Position numbers and translations under genes: made by a program
Origin: Mobula hypostoma
Lineage: Eukaryota
Assembly: GCF_963921235.1 (NCBI RefSeq)
Contig: NC_086108.1
Coordinates: 51,834,001-51,898,000, forward strand
Direction: 5' to 3'
Length of the DNA: 64,000 nt
Shown: in pieces, positions 50,534 to 62,979 of the stretch
Layout: every line of letters begins with the position of its first letter
Position numbering within the stretch: position 1 is the first letter of the stretch
The notes under the pieces: generated by a model
The model's database searches: none
Told to the model about the DNA's origin: nothing
Seen by the model: the letters and a program-made list of their open reading frames with translations, nothing else

Positions 50534-51109
50534 CTATTATACACACCTGTCAGTTTTCATTTCTATTGGGGTGAATAGGATGACATGGAAGTTATGGTAC
50601 AGAAATGGTATATTCAGCACAACTAGTTCAAGCTGGTGTTTCTTTTCCAAATGAACAGAATCCTATTAGCCTTCTTTCAATGCTTAGCTATTAATGCTAT
50701 TTGAGCCTCATATCCCAATCAGGTTTCAAATAATTTGAAAACAGGGCAGAAAATGGAAAATAAAATGCAAAAGTATTCTCAATATAAAAGAGCTTGCACT
50801 CTACAAGCATGATGCCGTGGATACTTATAGCACATAATTATTTTTGCAGTTTAAATCTGTCTTTTCAAAGTTTATACATTCCTATCATTTTGCTCAAATA
50901 CTTATAATGTGATTTCTTTGACTGTTTCATCTTTTTGCAACTTTATCCTCCTAATTAATTACTTTATCATAAGTATATTTGGCCATAACTCATTCTAGTT
51001 CTCCCTCTAAATGACTGATAGTTAATAGAATCACTTACACAACACAACCCTAAGGTTCTTTGTATTTCATATGTAACCATCATGATAATTTGCCAGTAAC
51101 TCGTACTCC

Positions 51110-52230
51110 CTAATTCTTCACATAGCCCAGGCCCAGTGTCTCTGCTGAGCATGATGCCAAATTAAACTGGCTTCTTCTGCCTGTAGTTGATCCATTTACC
51201 CCCATTTGCCCTATACTCATGTCTGTTTAACAGCTTCTTAAGCACCACTATCTTATTTGTTTCCATTACCCCTGGTAGCCTGTTCTAGCTACCTACCGCA
51301 CTTTGTAGGAAAAAAATCTTGCCCAGCACATCTTCTTTAAACTTTTCCCCCTCACCATAAATGTATCTCCTCTAATACTTGGCATTTCTACTCTGTGAAA
51401 ATAATTCTGACCTTTAACAAACCCTCAGTCCTTCCTGTAATGGCGTAATCAGTACATGCGTTGCCATAGCTGCAACATAACTTCCTAAATTGTATATTCA
51501 CTGTCCTGACCAATGGAGGTAAGCATACCATATACTTTATTTATCACCCTATCTACTTTTCTGGCTACTTTCAGGGAGCTGTGGAGTTTGCCTCCAAGAT
51601 CCCTCTGTACGCTAAAGTTGGCCTTCATCAACCATGGGATTGAGATTAGGAGCCGAGAGGTAATGTCATGGCTATATAGGACCCTGGTCAGACCCCACTT
51701 GGAGTACTGTGCTCAGTTCTGGTCACCTCACTGCAGGAAGGATGTGGAAACCATAGAAAGGGTGCAGAGGAGATTTACAAGAATGTTGCCTGGATTGGGG
51801 AGCATGCCTTACGAGAATAGGTTGAGTGAACTTTGCCTTTTCTCCTTGGAGCAACAAAGGATGAGAGGTGACCTGACAGAGGTGTATAGGATGATGAGAG
51901 CCATTGATCATGTGGATAGTCAGAGGCTTTTTCCTAGGGCTGAAATGGTTATCATAAGAGGGCTCAGTTTTAAGGTGCTTGGAAGCAGGTACAGAGGAGA
52001 TGTCGGGGTAAGTTTTTTAAGCAGAAGGTGGTGAGTGTGTGAAATGGGCTGCCGGTGACGGTGGTGGAGGCAGATACGATAGGGTCTTTTAAGAGACTCC
52101 CGGATAGGTACATGGAGCTTAGAAAAATAGAGGGCTGTGGGTAACCCTAGGTAATTTCTAAAGTAACTACATGTTTCGCACAGCATTGTAGGTGAAAGGG
52201 TCTGTATTGTGCTATAGTTTTTCTATGTTT
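51110..52230. mobile_element. Old minus-strand CR1 (about 51110-51610) followed by a younger plus-strand CR1 3' end (about 51617-52230)
   Basis: LYRTLVRPHLEYCAQFWSPHCRKDVETIERVQRRFTRMLPGL. Confidence 0.88.
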
Positions 52231-53537
52231 ACATTATGCTATTAAGGATCCTGCCATTGACTTTATAGTTTCACCTTACATTTAAATTTTTGTCTATTCA
52301 TTGTAGTTTTACAAGATCTTTTCTTCTAATGTAATGAAATTGCCCCAGCTGTAAGATCTGTTATGAACTAAAAGAACATATCTTTGTGAAAATAATTTTT
52401 TCCTTTCTGAATTTATGTGAGTTTTAGATAAATTTATGCAACCTTATATTTTTACACTTCGAGGCCTGATTTTATTTTTGGGAAGACATGTCACTGCAAT
52501 TCCTGCAGAGCAATGTTTCTTGAGTAAAAGCAGTGAACAACTCAAAAGCAACTGAAAAGGGAGAAACAGAATTAACTTTTCAGATCAATTACTTACTATC
52601 AGCTCTGGTATTTTAAACAAAGCATCATTTTTGAAATATAGATCCCTGAAAAATGAAAGCTTATATTAGCCTTGGATTAATTTGTCTATCTGAACTAAAG
52701 CTTCCAGTGATTTCTGTACATAGATGCCCAAATCTGCAGTTAAAATTTTTTCCATGAAGGAAATATTCCAAATTATCATTGTCAGATTTTTATCTTTCTC
52801 AGATCAAACCATGGGTGACCTTATGGTTTCACAACATTGAATTCCATCTGCTGTTTTGTCCTGTCTGTCAGCCTCTCTTGCAACTTTTATTCACTAGCTA
52901 CTAAACATTTTCTTGATGTGGTATCATCCGAAAGTTGGGGAATGCAGTTGTGATTTGTTTGATATAAATTAGTGCTATATACTACATGGTAAGAATTTGA
53001 TATCCCAATACTGATCTGTATCACTGTGTAAGATCAATTACAGATATTGGAGAAAGAGATGACCTTCACTATGAAGGGTATCAGTTGTTAATTCATATTC
53101 AGTTTCTTTTTCTTATGAATGATGGTGATAAGAGAGTGTACTGGAGAGAGATATATCAGCTAGTTGAGTGGTGTCGCAGCAATAACTTTGCACTCAATAT
53201 CAATAAGACTGAAGAACTGATTGTGGACTTTAAAAGGGGTAAGAGGAAGGTACACACACCAGTCCTCATTGAGGGATCAGAAGTGGAAAGAGTGAGCAAT
53301 TTCAAGTTCCTGTGTGTTGATATCTCTGAAGATATAACCTAGACTCAACATATCGGTGTAGCTACAAAGAAGACACAACAGTGGCTGTCTTTCATTAGGT
53401 GTTTGAGAAGATTTGGTATGTCACCAAAAACACATGAAAATTTCTACAGATGTACTGTGGAGAGCATTCTAACTGGCTGCATCACCATCTGGGGAGTTTA
53501 CCGCATAGGATCGAAGCAGAGTAAACTGAGTCACCTC

Positions 53538-53746
53538 CAAGCAACACACATCAAAGTTGCTGGTGAACGCAGCAGGCCAGGCAGCATCTCTAGGAAGAGG
53601 TACAGTCAACGTTCATCCTGACGAAGGGTCTCGGCCCGAAACGTCGACTGTACCTCTTCCTAGAGATGCTGCCTGGCCTGCTGCGTTCACCAGCAACTTT
53701 GATGTGTGTTGCTTGAATTTCCAGCATCTGCGGAATTCCTCGTGTT
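53538..53746 (+). mobile_element. Penelope pLTR foldback element with a hammerhead core in the loop
   Basis: Perfect 70-bp inverted repeat (53538-53607 / 53646-53715). CTGACGA...GAAACGTC at 53618-53645. Flanks TGAGTCACCTCCA / TGAGTCATCTTCA. Confidence 0.88.
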
Positions 53747-53974
53747 TGAGTCATCTTCATCAAGGGCTCTAGCCTCCGTAGTTTCCAGGACTTCTTCAAG
53801 GAGCAATACCATAGAAAGGCAGCATTTATCATTAAGGACCCCCGTCATCCAGGCCATGCGTTGTTCTCATTGTTACCATTAGCAACGAGGTACAGAAGTG
53901 TGAAGGCTGTAATTCGCAGTTTTTTCACTATTATTTTGTACTGCTGCTGCAAAGTCAACAAACTTCACAACGTA

Positions 53975-54322
53975 TCATCATCATCATCATCATCAGGCGC
54001 CGTGCCCAGTTTGAGCTCTCACTGCCATTGCCCACACATTCCTGTTTCGGGTCAAGTGGATCAATTCATTGTATTCATTTCCAATTCTCTGGCTGCTGTC
54101 TCCATTATTATTTGTCCTTGTCTTCCTCTTGCTTTCTTCCCTTCAATCTTTCCCATAATTACCGTGTATTCTAACTCCTCTTTCCTAATCACATGTCCAA
54201 TGAAGTTACTTTGCCTTTTCATGCTCTCATACATTATTTCTCTTTTTGTGTTTGCTCTGTTCATGACATCCTCATTTGATATTAGTTTTGTTCATGATAT
54301 TCTTTGCATCCTCCTCAAAAGA
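53975..54322 (-). mobile_element. RTE (BovB-like) LINE 3' end with (TGA)n tail
   Basis: KRQSNFIGHVIRKEELEYTVIMGKIEGKKARGRQ. TSD ACAACGTA / ACAACATA. Confidence 0.85.
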
Positions 54323-54617
54323 ACAACATATGCCTGTGATATTAAACCTGATTCTGAATCTGACTATCTACTCAAGTCTATCCTTTGCCTGCAATTTGCT
54401 CTGGTTCTGAAGGACACATGTTCCACTTTACCATTCTTAATGTATTTCCAAATACCTTTATTTTTACCTTTAGTATTCCTTGTAATTTTATTTTGAATTT
54501 CTCCACTGTATTCTACCTGGAGCATTTCCAATTTTCTTTGCATTTGTATAAGCCTTCTCTTCATTTACTGTATTTGTTGAGTCTAGTTTCTCATTTTTTG
54601 GGCAATGGAATAGTTTA

Positions 54618-55437
54618 CAGTGGACTCTGGTTAATGGTGACACATCGAGACTAGTGCCTTTTGGCCCAATTAGGCAGCTGGCCCAATTACCCAAAGTTTC
54701 ATGGAAATAATTACAAAGGTATAAAAAAAGACAAACTACAGTTGAACTGAGTAATAAATATTAAGTGAAATGCAGAATAGATTAGAACAATGACAATACT
54801 ACTACAGTACTGTAGAATTGTATATTAGTGCCTAATGACTATTGATGGAGGAATTCATCCAGTGTATGCCACTGAGTTCTTTAGATTGACTGTAAATGAA
54901 CAAAATCAGCATGGACACCTAGTGCAGATAATGGACTGTCTTCGTAAAATGCTTTGCATTCTCCAAATCTCCATTTTCATTGTAACATTCAATATAACTG
55001 TCATTGCCATCAAATTCTTCATAGTTTCTAATTTGTTGAAGGGGTGCGATTGTTTTATTTTCACTTCCAGCTGTTTCTGGCATCTCTAAGCCTCAAAGCT
55101 TGAAACCACAGTGAGCAAAACTGTTCTGAATTGTCTTTCTTGCCAACTATCAGTGACAAAAATAACTGCTTTTTGAACAAAAACAAACACAGTTGTTGCT
55201 ATTTAAAAACTGTTCACTCTTAGCATGGTGTAGTGCCTAATGACCACACAAATGCAAGCGACTGGCACTAATTAGAAATTGGTCAGCAACAGTCTCCTGT
55301 CCCAAATGAGCAGCATAGTGTCCTAAATAAATGAAGGGAACCTCGGCTATTTTCTTGATTACTTATTGTTCTTTCAGAGTTATCCTAAATATGTAGCTCC
55401 CTAATTAACCAGTGGCCCAGCTAACTGGAATCCATTG
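54618..55437. mobile_element. Tc1/mariner (pogo/Tigger-like) non-autonomous element
   Basis: TA-CAGTGGACTCTGGTTAA ... CTAACTGGAATCCATTG-TA. Confidence 0.75.
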
Positions 55438-56805
55438 TATTCGATTTAGTACAATATCAATTACTTATTTGAATACTCCCTGCTATTGATACACATTACA
55501 GTTCAGTCTTGTACACCATGTGATCAATTTATATCTTGTTCAAAGTAAACGTGTTATCAAAGTGCATGTATGTCACCATATACAACCCTAAGAATCGTTT
55601 CCTTGTGGGCATGCTCAATAAATCTAATAACAGTAATAGAATCAATGAAAGACTACACCTAACAGATGGATAACCAATGTGCAAAAGACAAAAAATGTAA
55701 AATACAAAAGATTAAAAAAAGAAATGATAGTAAGTGAGCAATAAATATCAAACATGAAATGGAAAGTCCCTGAAAGTGAGTCCATAAGGTATGGGAACCG
55801 TTCAGTGATGTGGCAAGTGAAGTTGAGTAAAGTTAATCCTCTCTGGTTCAGCAGTCTGATGGTTGAGAGCTAATAACTGTTCCTGAACTTTGTGGTGCAT
55901 CCTGACACTCCTACACCACCACCTTGATGGCAGCAGTGAAAAGAGACCATGACCTGGATGATGGGGGTCCCTGATGATGGATGCTGTTTTTCTCTGACAA
56001 CGCTCAATGTAGATGTGCTCACTAGTGTGGAGGGCTTTACCTGTGATGGGCTGGGCTATATCCATTACTTTTTGTAAGATTTTCCATTCAAGGGCATTGG
56101 CGTTTCCATACACCAAAGCCCTGTGATGCAACCAGACAATATACTCATCACCATACATCTATTGAATTTAGTCAATGTTCTAGATGTCACGCTGAATCTT
56201 TGCAAACTTCTGAGGAAGTAGAAGCACTGCCATGTTTTCTCCATGATTGCACTTAAGTGCTGGGCCCAGGACGGGTTCTCCGAAATGATAACACTGGGGA
56301 ATTTAATGTCACTGACCCACTGCACGTCTGATCCCCTGATGGGCCCTGGCTCATGGACTTCTGGTTTCCTATGCCTGAAATCAATAATCACTTCCGTGGT
56401 CTTGCTGACAGTGAGTAAGATGTTGTTGTTATGGCACCACTCAGCCAGGTTTTCAATCTTCCTTCTATATGCTGATTCATCACCACATTTGATTCAACCT
56501 CCAACAGTGGTGTCGTCAGCAAACTTCAGTATGGCATTAGAGCTATGCTTAGTCACACTGTCATAGGTGTGAAGTGAGTAGAGCAGGGGGCCAAGTACAT
56601 AGCCTTGTGATGCACCTGTGCTGATGGTGACTGTGGAGGAGATGTTGTTGCCAATGGTATTAAGGCCAAAGTCTTGGTTTATTGACTAGTTTTAAGGGGA
56701 TGATAGTATTGAATGCTGATAAAGAGCATCCTGATGTATGCACCTTTGTTGTCCAGATGTTCCAGGATTGAACGAGGAGTCAATGAAATGTTGTGTTGGT
56801 AGGTA

Positions 56806-56930
56806 AATTGGACTGAACCCAAGCCGCTTCTCGGCTAGGAGTTGATATGTTTCATCACCGACCTCTCAAAGCGGTCGGTGATGAAACATATCAACTCCTA
56901 GCCGAGAAGCGGCTTGGGTTCAGTCCAATT
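56806..56930. repeat. Perfect 58-bp inverted repeat with a 9-nt loop
   Basis: 56806-56863 is the exact reverse complement of 56873-56930; the loop is TCTCAAAGC. Confidence 0.97.
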
Positions 56931-57612
56931 GTCACAGTGGATATAAGTGCTAGTGGACACTAGTCATTGAGGCAGGTCACCATGTTCTTCTTGGGCATCA
57001 ATATCTTTGAAGCCTGCTTGAAGCAGGTAGTTACCTCAGACTGCTAAGGCACGAGGTTAAAGATCTCAGTGAACACTCCAGCCAGTTGATCAGCACTGGT
57101 TTTTAAACAAAAGGTTGGAGGAACTCAGCAGGTTGGTCAGCATCTATGGAAATGAATAAACAGTTGATACTGGAAGTAAAGTTCCAGTATCAGTAAAGTT
57201 CCAGTAAAGTTGAGAAGTCAGAGCAAGAAGGTGGAGGGAGCAGAGGAAAAAGTACAAGCTGGCAGGTGATGGGTGAAACTGTGGGGGGGGGGTGGCTAAA
57301 TGAAGAGCTGGGAAGTTGATTGGTGAAAGAGATAAAGTGCTAGAGGAGGGGAATCTGATGAGAGAGGGTAGAAGATTCCAGCACCTGCAGATTTTCTCAT
57401 GTTTGTCCCGGCCAAGAATCCCATCTGGGCCGGATGCTTTCTGTGGTTTCACTCTCCAGTGCTGTCACATCAGCCTCAGAGGCTGAAATCACAGAGTCAG
57501 CAGGGGGTGTGAGAGTTCTTGGTGGTTCCTCCTTGCAAGCATAGGAGGCATTGAGCTCATCTGGAAGCAAAGCCCTGTTGTCACCTATGTCACTTTATTT
57601 CACTTTGTAAGA

Positions 57613-57994
57613 CTTCTCTGTGGATTGTCACCTTGTTGTGGTGGAGAAGCTTGTCTGGTCCTGTGATCCCGAGAGCAATGCCGTCTGGAGCTATGCTCCT
57701 GGTAGGGTCACCCATGGCGGTAAGGTCGAGGGTGAGGTCCCTGAAAAAGAACAATCCAACCGAGACCTCAACGGTGGAACAGGCGGACGAAGTTACTTCG
57801 AACTCAACAGCTGTGAAGGCGGATGAAGGCTGCAACAAATCCATCAGCTCCAGTCGTCGTGGTTTCCATGCCACTGGAATCAGTTGGTTGATTTGTGAAG
57901 TATCGTGTGCTTCTTGGAGTGCAACACGCTCTGTGGGCCACTTCTTCAGAATGAAGACCATCATCCTCGACCTCGAGGGATGGCCACAACAACA
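57613..57994 (+). mobile_element. Young RTE-derived SINE (RTE 5'UTR plus 3' end) with (CAA)n tail
   Basis: 11-bp TSD ACTTTGTAAGA (57602-57612 / 57995-58005). BovB/Expander-like 5' motif GCAATGCCGTC...AGGGTCACCCA and 3' hairpin CCTCGA-CC-TCGAGG. Confidence 0.8.
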
Positions 57995-58629
57995 ACTTTG
58001 TAAGAGGTGAAAGCATCCAAATCCTGCTATATCTGTTGAACATCCTTCTGAATCAGCAGTTTGGTCCATCCTATGTATTGAGAAGCCTTCAGGTCTGACT
58101 GCCATATCTGGTGTACTCTGAGTAAGCCATGCCTCGGTAAAACAGAGTATACAGTTCCTCATTTCCATATGATACAGCAGTCTTGCCCTTGGGTCCTCAA
58201 TTTTGTAATTTTGTTCTCCAGTGACTGCATATTTCCTAATAAGATGCTGGGTAGAGGGGGTTTCATCTCTCTGCATTTCAGTCTAGCTTGGAGTAACTCC
58301 CCGCCTCGCTTTCGGCCACAGTGAAGAACCTTCATCCACTTAAAGGTGCTGGATCTGCTTATCTGATTGCTTAAAGGTTAAGTCTGCTGAATCCTTCAGA
58401 AGATCGTGAAGTCTGAAGTTCATTAAGTCAGTTTAAAAATATGTAAGGAAAAAGTAAAGGGAAATTACATCCTGCAGATTGCATTGAGAGCAATTCAAAA
58501 GAAGTATATTTAGAAGTTTTGTATGTAGCCCACAGAATGTCGCTGTGGTTTACCGGTGTCATCTTGCTCCAAAAATTGTCGTACTTTAAACCGTTTATCT
58601 GAACTCATCTTTCTCCCTTATATTGTGGA

Positions 58630-59050
58630 GATGGTGGAGAGGGTGCAGAGGAGGGTATGAGCTACAGGGAAATGTTGAACACACTTAGATTGTTCTCCCG
58701 TGAATGTTGGAGGCTGAAGGAAGACCAGATGGAGGCTTTTTAAATTATGAGAAGCATTGATAGGGCAGACAGTCAGAATATTGGGGTAAAAATGTCAAAT
58801 AACAGAGGACATGCTTTTAAGATGGGGCAGGGTGGAAGTTTAAGGAGTGAGTTTCTTCACGCAGAGTGTGGTGGGGTAGTAGTGGAAGCAAGCAGTTTGG
58901 AGTTCAAGAGGCTCTGAGAGAACCAAGACTGTGAAGGGAATGGAAGGCTATACATGATGCACAGGAAGTTAACATTTCGTATCAATTAGAATGAAGATCA
59001 ACATAAAATTGTGGGCAAATGGCCTGTTCAGTGCTGCACTATTCTATTTC
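58630..59050 (+). mobile_element. Old CR1 3' fragment
   Basis: GGAGAGGGTGCAGAGGAG at the start and CR1 3' end GGCCTGTTCAGTGCTGCACTATTCTAT. Confidence 0.7.
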
Positions 59051-59541
59051 TATTTTCAAAGATCTGTCTTCAGGTTGTTAACCAATTCTGGTTCTTTATT
59101 TATCAACAAATTCAGCAGATCTGATCTCTTGCTGGTGGTAAAACATATGGCTCTAGAAAAATGCCTCTTCTCCCTTTTTTATAACTTGTACTGCTTCTCT
59201 CAGTGTATATATAGAAATATAAATCTTGTATTAAATGAACAATACTTCCTTGATCTCCGTTTCCCCATCACTGATCAATGACAACAGATGGTCAGTAAAT
59301 AACTCATAAAAATATTACAGCATTTTCCCAGTCAATTGAATCATCATTTACCAAGTTTCAGTAAAGGTTTTGGAACAATGCCATATTGTACTTTGAAAAA
59401 CAATAGGTGTATGTATGCTGAAAAACAAGTTCCCAGTTATATGTCACAACTGTGATATTGTAGTCAGATACATTTACCTTTGTCATTCAAAAAAAACACT
59501 ATTCATCATTTAATAGAATGATGTAGGGAGAAATATCAATT

Positions 59542-59760
59542 CAACCAACACACACTAAATGTTGGAGGAACTCAGCAGGCCAGGCAGCATCTATGGAAAA
59601 GGGTACAATTGATGTTGCGAGCTGAGACCCTTCTGAAGAGTCTCAGTCTGAAACATCGACTGTACTCTTTTCCATAGATGCTGCCTGGCCTGCTGAATTC
59701 CTCCAGCATTTTGTGTGTGTTGCTTAGATTTCTAGCATCTGCATATTTTCTCTTGTTTGT
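59542..59760. mobile_element. Older Penelope pLTR foldback element
   Basis: Imperfect inverted arms and a degenerate hammerhead core. TSD GAGAAATATCAATT / GAGAGATATCAATT. Confidence 0.85.
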
Positions 59761-62118
59761 GAGAGATATCAATTGTTAGCTTTGGAAGTTGCTCAATTGT
59801 ATCACTGACATTTCTAAATTAAGTCATTCTATTGCATATTAATAGACCTTTTCTATCATGTTGAGAATAGTGGAGGTGTGAGAATGAAGGTTTGGCATTG
59901 AACATATCAGGTCTTCTTGGTGTATTCATTATTTACATAGTAATTTGCAGTAATTACAATGGATGGGCTGACATTGCTAGATCTGCTTTAATCACTAATA
60001 ATCGCTTAAAATCTGAAAAGGGAGTTTATTCAAAAATGTTGATACATTCTGACATTTCAGGTGCAAGTAAGTGTTCTGTAATATACGTACATATTACTGT
60101 AATGATCTGCAATCTATAGGTAGGCTGGATGATGTGTCGTAACAAATTATTTTGATTTAAAAATTGATCTCACAAGCAAAAGGTGTGTCTTCACTGCTTC
60201 TATATTTCATGCAGCAACAAATCAGTGACTCACTTGCATGTCTTAGCAAGCTTTCACATTTTAATAGATACCATATTAAACAAAGTAGAGGGTCAGTAGT
60301 GTACTCTGCCAGAGAAGGAAAATAGATTTTTTTATGGTTCGAGTTACCATTGAAGGTGCTTCTGAATGACTTTGACAGAAAAGCAGTTGAGTTTTTAGCA
60401 CTATAAGTGAGAAATCAATTTGTGACTCCTACCAGGTTAAACGCAAGCTATTGAGAGGTCTAAGAAGAGAATGAAGACAAATAATTCAAAGATGGTGGTA
60501 GATTAAGCAGCTTCCAGGGTTTTTTCAAAGTTTCGTGGAAGTGGCCATTCACCAACTGGGCCATTTACCACGTACAAGTAAGTATTTCCAAGAAATTTAG
60601 CCATGGATAGCATTGATTTTGAGCATTCATCTTATTGTTCAATAATTTTTTTCCATTGATGGCGGGGGTGAGGGTGGGGGGAAGTATCCATTGGAATGTT
60701 CTTTGAAGCCCTAAACAATCTTTATCCACTCTCTATCCCAATGTACTGGTCATTACTAGTGCTCTCACTATTACCTAACTTGAAATCAAATTAACATTGT
60801 TGGAAGATAGAACTTCTGATCTCCTCAACTGTACGTGTTCAATATCAGAGTGCCATGCCTGTCCAAACTAATTCCTTCAGGGAATATCCTTGTACTTTCT
60901 TTTTGTACCATGGCTGGAATGAAATGTTTGATTTGTGATCCACTGATTTTCTGTATCGTGATTTTTGTTAAAGAATATACCATCTGTGATAGAGTATGGA
61001 GCATCTATTTCTGCACTGTAACACTTGAGCCCCCCTACTCACTGATCATTCTTTGTATTCTATCACTTGCAAACAGCATTACAGAACGCACTTGTTTAGA
61101 TTTTCATTACAATCGTGAATCACAAATCTCAGTCAGAGATGTTTATAACTGAGTCTGATTGCCCAGTGCCACATGACCAGCAACAGTGAATATAGAATTG
61201 AGTCAGGTTTTAAAAACAAACATGAACATTTATTAAACTCTGCTCAACAATAGCGAAAAGTATTCAAATTACTAACTTAACCGGAAGTTAACTGCTATAC
61301 GGCAACTCTGGAACAGTTCTTAAAAGTGGTAAATTTGAACACAGTCTTAAAATGGTAAATTCGAAAGTCCAAGTGATTTACACAGTCAATAAGGAGAGAC
61401 TTCTCTGGAAATGGTTTTCTTCAAAGATGTGATGTTACTGCTGATTCTGTCCAAAGGATTCACGACGAAGGAAATAAAACGGCTTAAAGGAACTGGCGAA
61501 TGAACACTGCACAAACCTTTCTGATCTTACAGGGGTTATCTCAGATGCAGGCCACTATTCCTGAATGAAGATTCAATAAGGTCAATCCTTCATTAAACCG
61601 CCGAACGACACCAACTTTACTCAATCCTTCAGGTTCCCATACTTTAGTAAGGTCTTCACTCTCCAATACTAGACTTACAATAGAAAATAAAACTCCACTT
61701 TAAAATGAAACTGCATCTTGAGACGAATACACGGCATAACGGAGTAACTGACGAATTAAACAACGAATCAACTGCGTAACTACAGGAATTTACCGTTATA
61801 TACCTGTGAGAACGTCATCACGTGACCTCACACTAGCGGGAAAATTACACCACCCCACATCACAAGGCCATTACATCATGCTCACAAGATACTCAATTAC
61901 ATCATGGTCATAAGACAGTCACAAAATACCCATGAGGTATGTAACACCTCCCTCCAAAAAAGGAAAATTTTGTTTTTTTATGAGCAAAATTTTAACAACT
62001 ATTTACAAAAAAATACAAATGTATAAAATCTACAACATACACAATGTACACAGTATTATCATACAGCACTTTGCAAGCTAATATACAGTAGGAGTGTTAC
62101 AAATGTTAAAATACCACT

Positions 62119-62931
62119 TGTCACGTACCCTGTGATGGGTTAAAGAACCAGCAGAAATGGCAAACACCTTGGAGTCTGGTATTGCTGTTAACTAGTGCTC
62201 ATTTATTAGTAACTACGCAATACAGTAATATAAAATCAGATAAATCAAACAGGCTAGCAAAGTTCATGCATATATAAGTGTGGAAATATAAAAACCAAGC
62301 TTCTTCAAGCCTAGGGGGTTAAATGGATACAGTCTCACGAAGATGGATAAATGAAATCAGTTCAGTTTGTGGTATTGAGTTGAGTAGTGATGGAGAGAGA
62401 GAGGTGTCGTAGTTGTCCGAGTAAGCTGATGCCATCGACTATTCCGGTTGTCCTCCGAAACTTCCAAGTTAGCCAAACTTGACCAACTTAAGTGCACCAT
62501 CTTCAAGTGATAGTCCACCAACCCAGGCAAAGGTTAGACACACGGGTAGACTCCACAGGGTCGCTCTTTCACGCACTAATAATCACAGATCGATCCCTCA
62601 CAATTGATCCTCAGTCCCATAATTGTGGGCACCTGAACAATAGTGGTAACTTCACCACACCTTAGTGCGTCTGCGTGTCCTGTGAAACAAGCAATTACGC
62701 TGGTTTAAATACTGTTGTGCTGAACACCAGCTGTCCATCAAGTAGCTCCTCTCTCTCTCTCTCTGTAGGAACTCAGAAGCTGGCAGTGTCCTTGCAGAAA
62801 TCCCAAACAAACTGTGAGCAGTCTCCGTCTCTCCCTGTCCCTCTCCCTCGTTGTTTGTGCTGTACAGCTGCATGCTCTCTCTCTCTTTTTAAAAGCACAG
62901 TCCATAATGAATAACTCAGGATATAGTCACA
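62119..62931. mobile_element. Solo LTR nested in the Gypsy 3' UTR
   Basis: TGTCAC...GTCACA termini and a 4-bp TSD CACT (62115-62118 / 62932-62935). Confidence 0.8.
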
Positions 62932-62979
62932 CACTCCATTAAAAAAAATTACATTGTCTATCTAGATGTTGAATGTACA

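Larger units (their letters stand above)
53117..54362 (+). mobile_element. Rex1/Babar-like LINE 3' part with nested Penelope and RTE inserts
   Basis: LVEWCRSNNFALNINKTEELIVDF and NFYRCTVESILTGCITIW motifs, with a (GATTCT) tail. Confidence 0.85.
55539..58570 (-). mobile_element. Near full-length decayed Rex1/Babar-like LINE, with a Penelope pLTR at about 57110-57405 and an RTE SINE nested in it
   Basis: 5' end AAGATGACACCGG at about 58565. Motifs CILCFTEAWL, KFADDTTVG and RDPHHPGHGLFSLLPS. Confidence 0.88.

Noticed and set aside
53861..54496. 211-aa ORF
   Set aside because: It reads through a LINE tail, an antisense RTE and T-rich flanking sequence.
57590..58276. 228-aa minus-strand ORF
   Set aside because: It is a chimera of LINE endonuclease remnants and an antisense RTE SINE.
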